Shown here: positions 1-7,560 of the stretch, piece by piece
Numbering within the stretch: position 1 is the first letter of the stretch
Layout of the letters: every line of letters begins with the position of its first letter
From: Simkaniaceae bacterium
GTDB lineage: Bacteria > Chlamydiota > Chlamydiia > Chlamydiales > JAJFMI01
Length of the DNA: 10,198 bases
Reading direction: 5' to 3'
NCBI GenBank assembly: GCA_040880145.1
Contig: JBBDIZ010000039.1
Span: 1-10,198, forward strand
Notes under the pieces: model-generated
Database searches by the model: none
Seen by the model: the letters and a program-made list of their open reading frames with translations, nothing else
Told to the model about the DNA's origin: nothing
Made by a program: the position numbers and the translations under genes

Positions 1-264
1 GTTGCATATCAACGAGTTACATTACTTCCAATTTTTTTTGTCCTGTACTGAGAAAAATCTTTTGAAACTGAAATGAAGGCAAAACAGCTTAGCCCTCCCC
101 TTTTTTCGAAGCTTGTTAGCCTATCTTAGCTTGTAATTGAGTTAATTTGTAACACTCTCCCTCATTTTTATCGATTGGGTTTGGAATTTTAACCTCTTTT
201 CTTCGATAGAAAGGACAATATGATTGATTGTATATTCTCTAACTCACTATTCGTAGCCAAATTC

Positions 265-1491
265 TTAAAATTTCGGATTATCCTCTAAAACGCGATCATA
301 ATACTCTAAACGTTTTTTCGAGATCCTTGCCCATGAGAATTGATGAGCAACTTCAATCGCTTTTTGAGAAAGTTTGTAAAATTGTTCTTTGTCCATGTGT
401 ACTAATTCGAGTAAAGCCTTTTTAAACATTTCCGGGTTTTCTTTATCAATCACCTTTCCAATGGCAAATTCCTCAAGCCCTCCAGATCTAGTAAAAATAA
501 TAGGTAGTCCACAGGCCATCGCCTCTAAAGAGGCAATCCCAAACCCCTCTGATCGTGAAGGCATTGCGCTAATATTTGAAATATTATGAATCTTTGCAAG
601 TTCATTCGGCTCTCTGTGGCCAATAAAGTGAACATTTGTTAAAGAAACCCTTTCTCTTTGCTCAGCCTCTAATAATTCTGAAACTTCTCCGGCTCCACAA
701 ATTACAAAGTGAATATTGGCGTCATCGGGAAGCATTTTATTTGCCTCCAAAATGATATCTACACCCTTTGTACGACTCACTTTCCCAGCAAAACTTACAA
801 TAAAAGCTTCCTCTGGAATATCAAGTTTTAGCTCGTTTAATGTTTTCCTGCGATCAAGATATTGATTTTGAAATACTTTTTTATCATACCCATTATTGAG
901 GACTATCACCTTTTCATCCAGTACATCATAAAGATCGACAACTTCTTTTTTAACATAGTTTGAAATTGAAAAAATATACTGCGCATCTTGAGCGGATTTG
1001 ATTGCGTAGGAATTCATTCTGGAATCAAATAAAAATCCCAGTTGATCACTGTGATGCGCTGTACAAATATAAGGGATCTGCAGCTTTTGAATGACGTAAT
1101 CCATCGCCCAGATATGTTGACATTCAATAATGTCAGGCTTGAAATCACGAATCACTTTTATAATTTCCTTTTCAAACTCTGAAAAATAGTAGCAAAGCTC
1201 AGTATCGGATAAATCTGAAAACGTGTTTCTAAAAGGATTTCTAGGATGTGGATCGGGAATCATCAAAGGAAAAAAATCGATATTGATTTCTTCATTTTTC
1301 AATGGAAATTTCCATATATGGTAAACAGGGTCACGCGTATAATGAAAATCCGACTCCTCAGTTGCAATCCCCGAGTCTGGAAAAAAAATTTTTACCTGAT
1401 GACCTAATTCTATAAACTCCTCTGCTATGGCTTTAGCAGACGTAAAACTCCCCGTGCCCCAAGGCCCTGTATTTGTTATCAATATTCGCAA
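265..1491 (-). CDS. Glycosyltransferase family 4 (GT-B fold, retaining)
   Basis: 408 aa ORF with TTG start. N-terminal MRILI..GPWGTG and 'ELGHQVKIF', 'FKPDIIECQH', 'FAGKVSRTKGVD', and the E-x7-E motif 'EGFGIASLEAMACGLPII' typical of GT4; C-terminal 'FSW'. Substrate cannot be determined from the sequence. Confidence 0.93.
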   Translation of the reverse strand: MRILITNTGPWGTGSFTSAKAIAEEFIELGHQVKIFFPDSGIATEESDFHYTRDPVYHIWKFPLKNEEINIDFFPLMIPDPHPRNPFRNTFSDLSDTELCYYFSEFEKEIIKVIRDFKPDIIECQHIWAMDYVIQKLQIPYICTAHHSDQLGFLFDSRMNSYAIKSAQDAQYIFSISNYVKKEVVDLYDVLDEKVIVLNNGYDKKVFQNQYLDRRKTLNELKLDIPEEAFIVSFAGKVSRTKGVDIILEANKMLPDDANIHFVICGAGEVSELLEAEQRERVSLTNVHFIGHREPNELAKIHNISNISAMPSRSEGFGIASLEAMACGLPIIFTRSGGLEEFAIGKVIDKENPEMFKKALLELVHMDKEQFYKLSQKAIEVAHQFSWARISKKRLEYYDRVLEDNPKF

Positions 1492-1570
1492 AATTATACT
1501 TCATCTTTTGTATATAGCTATTTAATATTTTTATATATTAAGTTTCAATTAAAAATACAAATAATGAATA

Positions 1571-1592
1571 ACAGTTTCCAAAAAAAAACTGC
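1571..1592 (-). terminator. Possible weak intrinsic terminator downstream of dcd
   Basis: Minus strand reads GCAGTTTTT-TTTT-GGAAACTGT (6 Watson-Crick pairs plus G-U pairs), 6 nt after the dcd stop and followed by TTATTCATTATTT. The stem is AT-rich, so the call is weak. Confidence 0.3.
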
Positions 1593-1598
1593 AAGATT

Positions 1599-2165
1599 CT
1601 ACATTTTCGGAACCGTAATGCCTTTTTGTCCTTGATACTTTCCTTTCCGATCTTTGTAGGAGACTTCACACTCTTCTTTTGCTTCAAAAAATAGGATCTG
1701 TGCTAAGCCTTCGCCCGCATAGATTTTTGCCGGAAGCGGTGTTGTGTTTGAAATTTCAAGTGTGACATGGCCTTCCCATTCAGGTTCAAAGGGCGTCACG
1801 TTGACGATAATCCCACAGCGAGCGTAGGTCGATTTGCCGATGCACATTGTCAAAATATTTCGGGGTATTCGGAAGTATTCAACGCTATGAGCCAGTGCAA
1901 ATGAATTGGGAGGAACAATGCAAGAATCCCCTTCAAAATGGACAAAGGCTTCTTGATTGAAGTTTTTCGGGTCGACAACAGCGTTATAGACATTTGTAAA
2001 AATCATAAATTTATTGGCGACTCTCAAATCATAACCATAACTTGATACGCCATAGCTAATGATTTTTTCGCCATCGTGGTCTCGTACTAATCGATCCACA
2101 AAGGGCTCGATCATTTTCTTTTCTTTCGCAAGTTTTCGAATGATATGATCAGGAAGTAAGCTCAT
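1599..2165 (-). CDS. dcd: dCTP deaminase
   Basis: 188 aa with '[13 protein letters not shown]', 'GKSTYARCG', '[15 protein letters not shown]' and C-terminal '[12 protein letters not shown]', characteristic of dCTP deaminase. Confidence 0.97.
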   Translation of the reverse strand: MSLLPDHIIRKLAKEKKMIEPFVDRLVRDHDGEKIISYGVSSYGYDLRVANKFMIFTNVYNAVVDPKNFNQEAFVHFEGDSCIVPPNSFALAHSVEYFRIPRNILTMCIGKSTYARCGIIVNVTPFEPEWEGHVTLEISNTTPLPAKIYAGEGLAQILFFEAKEECEVSYKDRKGKYQGQKGITVPKM

Positions 2166-2272
2166 AGGTAAGTTTTTTTTTCACTTTATTTATGTTTCTA
2201 GTGATAATAGGTATAGCGCGTGAAATCATTTTCCTGCTAGAGTTTTCGTGAAAAATTTGGACTTTTTAGAGT

Positions 2273-3265
2273 ATGAACCCATCTTCGTTTAGAGAATCAA
2301 CATTTCAGAAAAAAGATCAGGTTTTTGAAGCGAGCATTCGTCCTCTAGAACTTGACAATTTTATAGGGCAGGAGCAGATCAAAAAGCGAATCCATATCAT
2401 TACAAAAGCTGCTAAATTAAGAGGTGATGTCGTCCATCATGTACTCCTTCACGGTCCCCCGGGCCTTGGCAAAACCACTTTGGCCGGCATCATTTCTAAA
2501 GAGATGAATACGCATCTGGTTACGACTTCAGGACCAAGTATTGAAAAAGCCGGAGATCTGGCAGGACTTTTAACCGGCTTGGAAGAGGGTGATATCCTCT
2601 TTATCGATGAAATTCATAGACTCAATCGTGCGATAGAGGAATATCTTTATCCTGCCATTGAAGACTTCAAGCTGGACTTAATGCTTGATTCAGGTCCAAG
2701 CGCCCGATCGGTTGAGGTCAAACTCAATCGCTTTACCTTAGTCGGTGCTACAACTCGCATGGGGTTGTTAAGCTCTCCTCTCCGCTCTAGATTTTCAAAC
2801 CTTTTAAGACTTGACTATTATAGCAAAGAAGAGCTTTCTAAAATATTAATTAGATCAAGCGGGCTGCTTGATTCTCCCCTCGACTATCCTTCAAGCTTAG
2901 AGATTGGCTCGCGCTCAAGAGGGACCCCGAGAGTTGCAAACAACTTGCTTCGGTGGGTACGTGATTATAGCCAAATCGAGGGGGATGGATCGATGAATCT
3001 CTCTTTAACAAAAAAAGCTCTCAGCATGCTCAATATCGATGAAATGGGTCTCGATGAAATGGATAAAAAACTCTTAACTGTTATGATCGATCATCATAAT
3101 GGCGGGCCCGTTGGACTAAAAACATTATCTGCAGCAGTTGGGGAAGAGACCTCTACCATTGAAGAGGTCTATGAACCCTTTTTGCTCATGCAAGGATTTA
3201 TTAAAAGGACCCGGCAAGGTCGAGAAGTTACAGATCTTGCCCTAAACCATTTAAGGAGACAGTGA
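2273..3265 (+). CDS. ruvB: Holliday junction branch migration helicase RuvB
   Basis: 330 aa; '[12 protein letters not shown]', Walker A 'GPPGLGKTT', Walker B 'LFIDEIHR', 'FTLVGATTR', 'SRGTPRVAN', 'GGPVG', 'EEVYEPFL'. Confidence 0.98.
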   Translation: MNPSSFRESTFQKKDQVFEASIRPLELDNFIGQEQIKKRIHIITKAAKLRGDVVHHVLLHGPPGLGKTTLAGIISKEMNTHLVTTSGPSIEKAGDLAGLLTGLEEGDILFIDEIHRLNRAIEEYLYPAIEDFKLDLMLDSGPSARSVEVKLNRFTLVGATTRMGLLSSPLRSRFSNLLRLDYYSKEELSKILIRSSGLLDSPLDYPSSLEIGSRSRGTPRVANNLLRWVRDYSQIEGDGSMNLSLTKKALSMLNIDEMGLDEMDKKLLTVMIDHHNGGPVGLKTLSAAVGEETSTIEEVYEPFLLMQGFIKRTRQGREVTDLALNHLRRQ

Positions 3266-4468
3266 ATGCGCCTACTGTTAGCACTGAATTTTCTTTTGAT
3301 CCCTTTTTGCTACTGTTCAATTTTTACAGAGTCGGAACTTTCTGTTATTGAAAGGGATAAACCCTCAACACTCAAAGTCTTACTCAAAAAATCGATTGAT
3401 GGAGCTCTTGTCGAGGTGAAGGGCCCTCATAAAGTTTATAATCCTTTAGATGGCCGCCTTCTGTCTAAACGTCATAAAGGGCGGCGCTACTGGCTGCATC
3501 CGGTAAAAAACGGAATCAAGTGGGGAAATGAATTTAACCACATTCATCAAATTCGCATTATTCCCAACAATGCAAGATCATCGATTTTGGTAGGCGGCAT
3601 GCAGTATCGAGGCTGTTTAGATGTCTATTTAATCGATGATAAAATTTCCCTTGTCAATGAGGTTGATGTTGAAAATTATTTGAAATCGACTTTAACTTCA
3701 AAAGTTGAAGAGGCGCAAAGCGATGAGGTCATGGATGCCATCGTAATTACTGCTAGAACCCACGCTTACTTTACAGCAATGCATAATGCCAAATCTTTTT
3801 GGCACGTCGATGCTGAAACAGAAAAGTATGAAGGTCAAGGCATCACGCAACTCAATGGACGGGTTGATCGCGCTGTAGATGCAACCAAACACTTAGTCAT
3901 GCTTTTAAACAGTCAACCCTTTGCGGCTTCTTGGAATCAAAATTGCGCCGGAAAAACGGCAAGCTTTAAGGCCATCCACAGAAAAAATGTCAATTCAACC
4001 GAAGGGGTTGCCGTTCCAATTGCTGAAAAGGAGCGAAAAAACTTCCACTGGTGCTTCACAATGGGCAAAAAAGAACTTGCGAGCGTTCTAAACTCTCCGC
4101 AAGTAGCTAAAATTGACCTTTTTCTCGATAGAGACTCGGATAAAGTCTATGCCGTCAGGGTCAATGATGGAAAGCTTTCAAAGGATTACGACTTTGAAAA
4201 GCTTCAAGAAAAAATTGGAAAGAAAAATTTAGCGAGTAATGACTTCACTGTGAAAGTCAAAAATAATCAAATATTATTCGAAGGCTTTGGCAAGGGAAAT
4301 GGTGTGGGTCTCTGTCTTTTTACAGCTGAGAAATTGGCTAAAGGCGGAGAGATTGCCCCCAAAATTTTAAGCCAATTCTTCCCTTATACTCGTATTGAAA
4401 AAGTCAGAAGCTACGATGAACTTTCTGAAGATCGTGTCCGCTCAGTGGAAAGAGCTCAGGTGAGGTGA
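3266..4468 (+). CDS. SpoIID/LytB-domain exported protein (chlamydial SpoIID-like peptidoglycan remodelling protein)
   Basis: 400 aa with a hydrophobic N-terminal signal-like segment. 'YRG', 'LVNEVDVENYLKS', 'AIVITARTHAY', 'YEG', 'AVDATK', 'LASNDF', 'GFGKGNGVGLC' and 'ILSQFFP' match the SpoIID pattern (VN...E.YL, ARTY, G.GHGVG, IL..YYP). The ATG directly follows the ruvB stop. Confidence 0.85.
   Translation: MRLLLALNFLLIPFCYCSIFTESELSVIERDKPSTLKVLLKKSIDGALVEVKGPHKVYNPLDGRLLSKRHKGRRYWLHPVKNGIKWGNEFNHIHQIRIIPNNARSSILVGGMQYRGCLDVYLIDDKISLVNEVDVENYLKSTLTSKVEEAQSDEVMDAIVITARTHAYFTAMHNAKSFWHVDAETEKYEGQGITQLNGRVDRAVDATKHLVMLLNSQPFAASWNQNCAGKTASFKAIHRKNVNSTEGVAVPIAEKERKNFHWCFTMGKKELASVLNSPQVAKIDLFLDRDSDKVYAVRVNDGKLSKDYDFEKLQEKIGKKNLASNDFTVKVKNNQILFEGFGKGNGVGLCLFTAEKLAKGGEIAPKILSQFFPYTRIEKVRSYDELSEDRVRSVERAQVR
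4462..4468 (+). promoter_or_regulatory. Strong Shine-Dalgarno (GAGGTGA) overlapping the SpoIID-like stop codon
   Basis: 7-nt match to the anti-SD complement (TAAGGAGGTGATC). The GAGG core ends 6 nt before the in-frame ATC at 4472. Confidence 0.6.
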
Positions 4469-4471
4469 CCT

Positions 4472-6097
4472 ATCAAAGGCTTTTGCGGAATCATATCTCG
4501 AAAAGGGGTCGATTTAACTTTCGCTTTAAATCGAATGATGGATGTGCTCAATCACAGGGGGCCGTCCGTCAACTCGACCTATATTAAAGAGGGAAACTAC
4601 TTCGGTCTTGTCAGCGATCAAGTTGAGGAGAAAAATGGAGAAATTCTTCTTTTTGATGGTTTAGAAAAGCCGAGTGAAGGCTTTAATATTGAAGAAATCA
4701 CCACTCCTTTTGCTCTTGCCCATTTTAAGGAAGATACCTTAACTCTTGCTAGAGATCCTTTGGGAGCAAAACCCCTTTACTGGACTTTTCAAGAAGGACT
4801 TTTTCTCTTTGCTAGTGAGTTAAAAAGTTTAATTGCAACAAAACTTTTTGTTTTACGGCTCGATCAATCCAGCCTTTCCCATTACCTATCGCTCGGGTAT
4901 TGCCCCATTAATCGTACCCCCTTTAAAGAAATCAATAAAGTCCTTCCCGGACATAAGTTAATTTTTTCTAAGGAAAAAGAAATTTTCATCCGTCCCTTTT
5001 TTTCCTTGAGTTATCATTTAAGGGATAAAAAAACAGACTGGAGTGAAGAAGAATTTGACAAGATTGTAAATCAAAATTTTATAAAAAGGGACTTAGAGCA
5101 AAAAAATGTAGGCCGGATCCATTTTGAACACCTAAAAGATTCAAAACTTTCAAGTTCTTGCAAACCCTTAGAGATTCCCTCTATCTCTTTCAGTGAGATT
5201 GCACAAAACCTACCCAAACTCCTTTGGTACCAAGATGAGCCGCTCGCTTCTTCCAAAATGTTCAGTTTTTACCGCCTTATGCAAGAGGCCAAAAATCAAA
5301 ATTGTACGGACGTAGTACTTGAAGCCGGAAGTTTAAACTGGTTAAACCGTCATATTCACTCTCCCAAGCTTCATATGATAAAATTCTCTCAATTAAATAG
5401 ACGCTTTCTTCATGCGCTTCTTTTATCTCCCCCTCTTCGCTATTTTCATCCGGGGAGCTATTATTCTTTCTTAAGGCGACTCAACACTCACCCCTATCAC
5501 ACAAAATATATCTTGAATCAATTTATTATCTCACCTTCAGAAATTCAAAAACTGACTAAAAATAAGCTGTCAGCAACAGATCCGGAGATTATCTTCCACA
5601 CCTTTCCGCCCTTTGAAAATATGGGAACATCCTTTTCTTCCCTTTTTTACCTCTATCAAAAGACTAGCCTGACAAATAAATATCTCATGCAATATGACCG
5701 GCTCGCTCTCCCTTTCAACATCACTTGCCACACTCCCTATTTGGATAAAAATGCGCTGATCTATCTGACTTCCATGCCAGAGGAGAGAATGCAAAAACTT
5801 TTTTCACGGATTTCAAAACCTCGTCGAAAGAAAAATCTTTTTGCTATGACAACGATTTTGGATCAAGAAAAAAGCCGCTTTCTCTTCTCTCTTTTAAAAA
5901 AGGGAGTAATTGTTGATAATGGAATCATAGATCCAAAAGCGTTAGATGCGCTTTTAAGAAAAAATTTGGACCATCCAAACTCGATTCGCCCCCTTTGGGC
6001 GCTACTCATTTTAGAAGTTTGGCTAAGGATCTTTTTTGAAACCCCACTCTCTATTGAGCCCCCTGAGATCTCATTAGAGGAATTACTGAGGTCATAA
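4472..6097 (+). CDS. Asparagine synthetase B-like protein, apparently catalytically degenerate (start uncertain: ATC 4472 proposed; first ATG is 4535)
   Basis: Ntn/GATase-like motifs 'HRGP', 'PFALA', 'LTLARDPLGAKPLYW', 'FLFASELKSL', 'TPFKEINKVLPGH'. Synthetase-like remnants 'DEPLA', 'YDR', 'HTPYLD', 'LWALLILEVW'. In-frame extension 4472-4534 reads IKGFCGIISRKG..., matching the MCGIxGI N-terminus. Confidence 0.8.
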   Translation: MKGFCGIISRKGVDLTFALNRMMDVLNHRGPSVNSTYIKEGNYFGLVSDQVEEKNGEILLFDGLEKPSEGFNIEEITTPFALAHFKEDTLTLARDPLGAKPLYWTFQEGLFLFASELKSLIATKLFVLRLDQSSLSHYLSLGYCPINRTPFKEINKVLPGHKLIFSKEKEIFIRPFFSLSYHLRDKKTDWSEEEFDKIVNQNFIKRDLEQKNVGRIHFEHLKDSKLSSSCKPLEIPSISFSEIAQNLPKLLWYQDEPLASSKMFSFYRLMQEAKNQNCTDVVLEAGSLNWLNRHIHSPKLHMIKFSQLNRRFLHALLLSPPLRYFHPGSYYSFLRRLNTHPYHTKYILNQFIISPSEIQKLTKNKLSATDPEIIFHTFPPFENMGTSFSSLFYLYQKTSLTNKYLMQYDRLALPFNITCHTPYLDKNALIYLTSMPEERMQKLFSRISKPRRKKNLFAMTTILDQEKSRFLFSLLKKGVIVDNGIIDPKALDALLRKNLDHPNSIRPLWALLILEVWLRIFFETPLSIEPPEISLEELLRS

Positions 6098-6102
6098 AAC
6101 TC

Positions 6103-6477
6103 ATGGCAAAAAGAACAAGCCAGCGCCGCGCGCGAAACATTAGCACTGCTCTATTTCTTATTGGGCTTGCCACTATCTCTTACAACTGGAACTTCTGGCC
6201 AAATATATTAATTGTAATTGGGGCTCCCCTCGCCATTCGGCAATATTTAACGGGAAGAATCCACGATATGATCGTCACCATCATTATTTTTGGCGGGATT
6301 TATATCACAGATACCGTGCAAATACACTGGAATCTCATACTGCCTGTTATTTTGATAACCGCTGCCATCTACGTCCTCTTTCGGGAATTTCTCGACTCAC
6401 GTGCCGATACAGAAGTTGAACAAGAAGAAGACCTCAATGTAGAGATTGAGATTGAAGAGTATCGAAACGAAAAATAA
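6103..6477 (+). CDS. Small integral membrane protein (about 4 TM, acidic C-terminal tail), LiaF/LiaI-TM-like
   Basis: 124 aa; basic N-terminus, four hydrophobic stretches, repeated 'WNFWPNILIVIG' / 'WNLILPVILITA', Glu/Asp-rich tail. Starts 5 nt after the upstream stop. Family assignment is tentative. Confidence 0.75.
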   Translation: MAKRTSQRRARNISTALFLIGLATISYNWNFWPNILIVIGAPLAIRQYLTGRIHDMIVTIIIFGGIYITDTVQIHWNLILPVILITAAIYVLFREFLDSRADTEVEQEEDLNVEIEIEEYRNEK

Positions 6478-6486
6478 ACGAATTCT

Positions 6487-7503
6487 TTAAGTCGTTTCGG
6501 TACAGTAGTTTAACTGAAGAGCGCCGCGAACTTCACGAAGGGTTTCTGCAGCGATCTCACGAGCTTCCCTTGAGCCTAAGAGTAACATTTTCATAACATC
6601 TCCCGGGTTTTGACTGATCTCTTTTCGTCGATTCCGAATAGGCGTAAGAAACTCATTTAATACGTCAAAAAGATACTTTTTGACGACAGAGTCACCGAGT
6701 CCTCCTCTTCGATAATGCTCTTTCAGCTCATCTATTTTTGCCCTATCTTTACCAAAAGCATCCAGATACATAAAAACAGGATTGTCCTCGACTTGGCCCG
6801 GATCCTCAACGCGAAGATGATTGGGATCGGTGTACATCTTCTTGACCTTCTTCGATAGACTCTTCTCCTCTTCACCTAGGTAGATGCAATTCTCTAAGGA
6901 TTTACTCATTTTTGCATTTCCATCGATGCCGGGAAGACGAGCCATTTCAGGGATCAATGCGTGGGTTTCAACTAGAGTATTCGTTTTATATAATCGATTG
7001 AATTTGCGAACAATTTCGTTTGTCTGTTCAATCATCGGCCTTTGATCTTCACCAACAGGAACAAGTGTCGCCTTAAAGGCGGTAATATCTGCTGCCTGAG
7101 AGATAGGATAAACCATAAAGCCTGCCGGGACACTATCGTTAAAATTTTTTTGAGTAATTTCCTGTTTAACCGTTGGATTATGCTTTAGGCGGTTCCAAGT
7201 TACAAGATTGAGATAATAGTGCGTCAGCTCAAAAAGTTCGGGAATAAGAGATTGAATAAATATAATACTTTTTTTAGGGTCCAATCCAACGCTCAAGTAA
7301 TCAAAAGCCACTTCTAATACATTTTTTCGAACCTTGCCGGGATCACATGCATTGTCTGTAAGAGCTTGAGCATCAGCAATCATGATGAGCTGCTTACAGC
7401 TTCCTTGAAGTTCTAATCGATTTTTTAATGAGCCAATATAATGGCCAAGATGAAGAGGCCCGGTCGGGCGATCACCGGTTAAAATTATTTGTTGATTATT
7501 CAT
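6487..7503 (-). CDS. trpS: Tryptophan--tRNA ligase
   Basis: 338 aa class I aaRS: '[14 protein letters not shown]' (HIGH-like), 'YPISQAADI', 'VPVGEDQ', 'KMSKS'. Confidence 0.98.
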   Translation of the reverse strand: MNNQQIILTGDRPTGPLHLGHYIGSLKNRLELQGSCKQLIMIADAQALTDNACDPGKVRKNVLEVAFDYLSVGLDPKKSIIFIQSLIPELFELTHYYLNLVTWNRLKHNPTVKQEITQKNFNDSVPAGFMVYPISQAADITAFKATLVPVGEDQRPMIEQTNEIVRKFNRLYKTNTLVETHALIPEMARLPGIDGNAKMSKSLENCIYLGEEEKSLSKKVKKMYTDPNHLRVEDPGQVEDNPVFMYLDAFGKDRAKIDELKEHYRRGGLGDSVVKKYLFDVLNEFLTPIRNRRKEISQNPGDVMKMLLLGSREAREIAAETLREVRGALQLNYCTETT

Positions 7504-7531
7504 CTCTTGGTGTTTTTATTCACTTTGACAC

Positions 7532-7560
7532 TATAATAAGGATGTGGAAGAAATAGGCAA
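7532..7560. promoter_or_regulatory. Overlapping divergent sigma70/sigma66-type promoter elements for the kinase (+) and trpS (-)
   Basis: Plus strand TATAAT at 7532-7537. Minus strand TTGCCT (7560-7555), 16 nt spacer, TATTAT (7538-7533). The intergenic gap between the divergent starts is only 40 bp. Confidence 0.45.

Noticed and set aside
1..264. Non-coding stretch with short TTAGC and TTGTAA repeats and a minus-strand ATG at 5-7
   Set aside because: Repeats are short and irregular; no tRNA, CRISPR or terminal inverted repeat pattern; a gene start at the edge cannot be verified.
389..589. 66 aa plus-strand ORF
   Set aside because: Antisense shadow of the glycosyltransferase, no recognisable motif.
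1381..1388. A8 homopolymer near the 5' end of the glycosyltransferase as a phase-variation tract
   Set aside because: Runs of 7-9 A/T occur repeatedly in this AT-rich window and the frame is intact.
2273..3265. ruvB without adjacent ruvA/ruvC
   Set aside because: Separation of ruvB from ruvA/ruvC is the ordinary arrangement in chlamydiae.
4484..4492. CGI at 4484 taken as the catalytic Cys1-Gly-Ile
   Set aside because: It is preceded by TTT rather than a start codon, and the register I-K-G-F-C-G-I-I fits M-C-G-I-x-G-I-I better. It could act as nucleophile only after proteolytic processing, for which there is no evidence.
3698..5794. Short minus-strand ORFs 3698-3892, 5071-5256 and 5570-5794
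   Set aside because: Fully antisense to well-supported genes, no motifs.
4472..6097. Lasso peptide cyclase interpretation of the AsnB-like gene
   Set aside because: No PP-loop, no adjacent RRE/PqqD or transglutaminase-like peptidase, and no precursor peptide seen.
2273..6097. Genome-wide UGA reassignment (code 4 or 25)
   Set aside because: All genes are intact under code 11, Trp is encoded by TGG, RuvB ends at its normal length, and the next gene begins with ATG and a signal-like peptide.
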